DNA of 64,000 nt from Dicyema japonicum (lineage: Eukaryota; Animalia; Dicyemida). Each line of letters begins with the position of its first letter. The stretch's first letter is position 1. This document shows, in pieces, positions 63,085 to 64,000 of this stretch. The DNA is taken from assembly GCA_011109175.1 (NCBI GenBank), contig RDEW01000009.1, positions 253,237 through 317,236 of the forward strand. The letters run 5' to 3'. The translations under genes and the position numbers were made by a program. The notes beneath the pieces are model-generated. The model searched no databases, had not been told where the DNA came from, and worked only from the letters and a program-made list of their open reading frames with translations.

Positions 63085-64000
63085 ATTTTGTTAATTTTTA
63101 TGATTTTGGAAAATAAGAAATGGGCTAGAGAACAAGCAATAATAAACCAGTGCATCGACCAGCAGAACGGAAATAATTTGGCCACTGTGTGGATGAATGT
63201 TAAGAAGGCCTTCGATTCAGTTGATCATGACTTTTTGTATCGAGTACTCGACTCAATAACTCTGGGCTCCCCTACTGGATTGTAGATTTGTGAAAAACAA
63301 ATCTCGAAATGGAAAATTTAGTTGAAGTTTAATCACAGAAATTGGGAAATCAAGATAAAGAGAGGGATAATGCTGGGTGACTCTCACCGCAAATCTTTGT
63401 GCTTGTAATGGACATTATTAGCATGATATCAAATGCTAAATACTCAGCCAGGAAAAGTATCGACCATTTGGCAACAAGGGTTTAGTCGATGTTGAACAAC
63501 GATTGCCTGCGAATGCATAATGAGGTGGTCAAATGCATACAGCTGCACCTTTATCGTCAATATGGAATTAAAAAGACTAAGAGACTCAAAACACACTCCG
63601 TGCAGTCTATTGTTGCAAACGAGTCTGTAGAGATTCGAATGGATACAACAAAAGCCACAAACACTAAGGTACAAAATAACAAACACATATTTTTGTTCGA
63701 TAAGATGAAAAATACAATAACCCTAATAAAAGTAAGAATCAAATCCCCACAATCTATGAAGCATGTCTAAGTCGAGAAGTTACACAAGTATGATCTCTTA
63801 GTAAGAGAACTCGGATTAATACAAAAAGCAAAAGATTTATATAGTGCCAGTAGTTTAGACTTGTGATGGAATCATCAGCAAGTACTAGAACATTTAGAAG
63901 CCTTGAAGCTGGATGGCCTGTGAAAGCAATACAGACTGTCACGATTAAAAAGACAGCTGCAAATATTTTTAATGGATATTGAGATGAAGTGGGAATTGTG
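63085..64000 (+). mobile_element. R4/Dong-like RLE element, deleted and degraded, running off the window
   Basis: AREQAIIN..WMNVKKAFDSVDH, RGIMLGDS, IDHLAT..RMHNEVVKCIQLHL..HSVQSIVANE, KYDLL. Confidence 0.8.

Overview
AT-rich eukaryotic (metazoan) nuclear DNA. Ten compact host genes are broken by ultra-short GT-AG introns, mostly 21-27 nt, which is why the ORF track fragments or misses them. They are: TBPL1/TRF2-like, UTP25, EFHC1, glycogen synthase, a protocadherin-like gene, an ACK/TNK2-family pseudokinase, MRPS10, a secreted C-type lectin + F-type-lectin-like protein, P5CS (ALDH18A1) and mitochondrial-type prolyl-tRNA synthetase. Metazoan gene content with introns this small suggests a dicyemid mesozoan (inference). 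The genes sit as islands among roughly half a window of mostly degraded mobile elements: CRE-like and R4-like RLE non-LTR elements, RTE-like and Ingi/Vingi-like APE LINEs, a tRNA-headed SINE, and MULE, hAT and pogo/Tc1 remnants. Highlights: (1) a three-level nest in which an RTE LINE with a twin-priming-type 5' inversion and an 11-bp TSD splits an R4-like element and is itself split by a MULE with an 8-bp TSD and a 6x95-bp subterminal array; (2) a LINE with two 2A/StopGo-like motifs; (3) an ACK paralogue lacking catalytic residues; (4) a protocadherin apparently lacking EC2-EC3; (5) two convergent genes whose stop codons are 11 nt apart. Scattered 1-nt indels in otherwise intact genes are most likely assembly errors. 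All calls come from manual translation and motif recognition; no database search was run and most TE boundaries are approximate.
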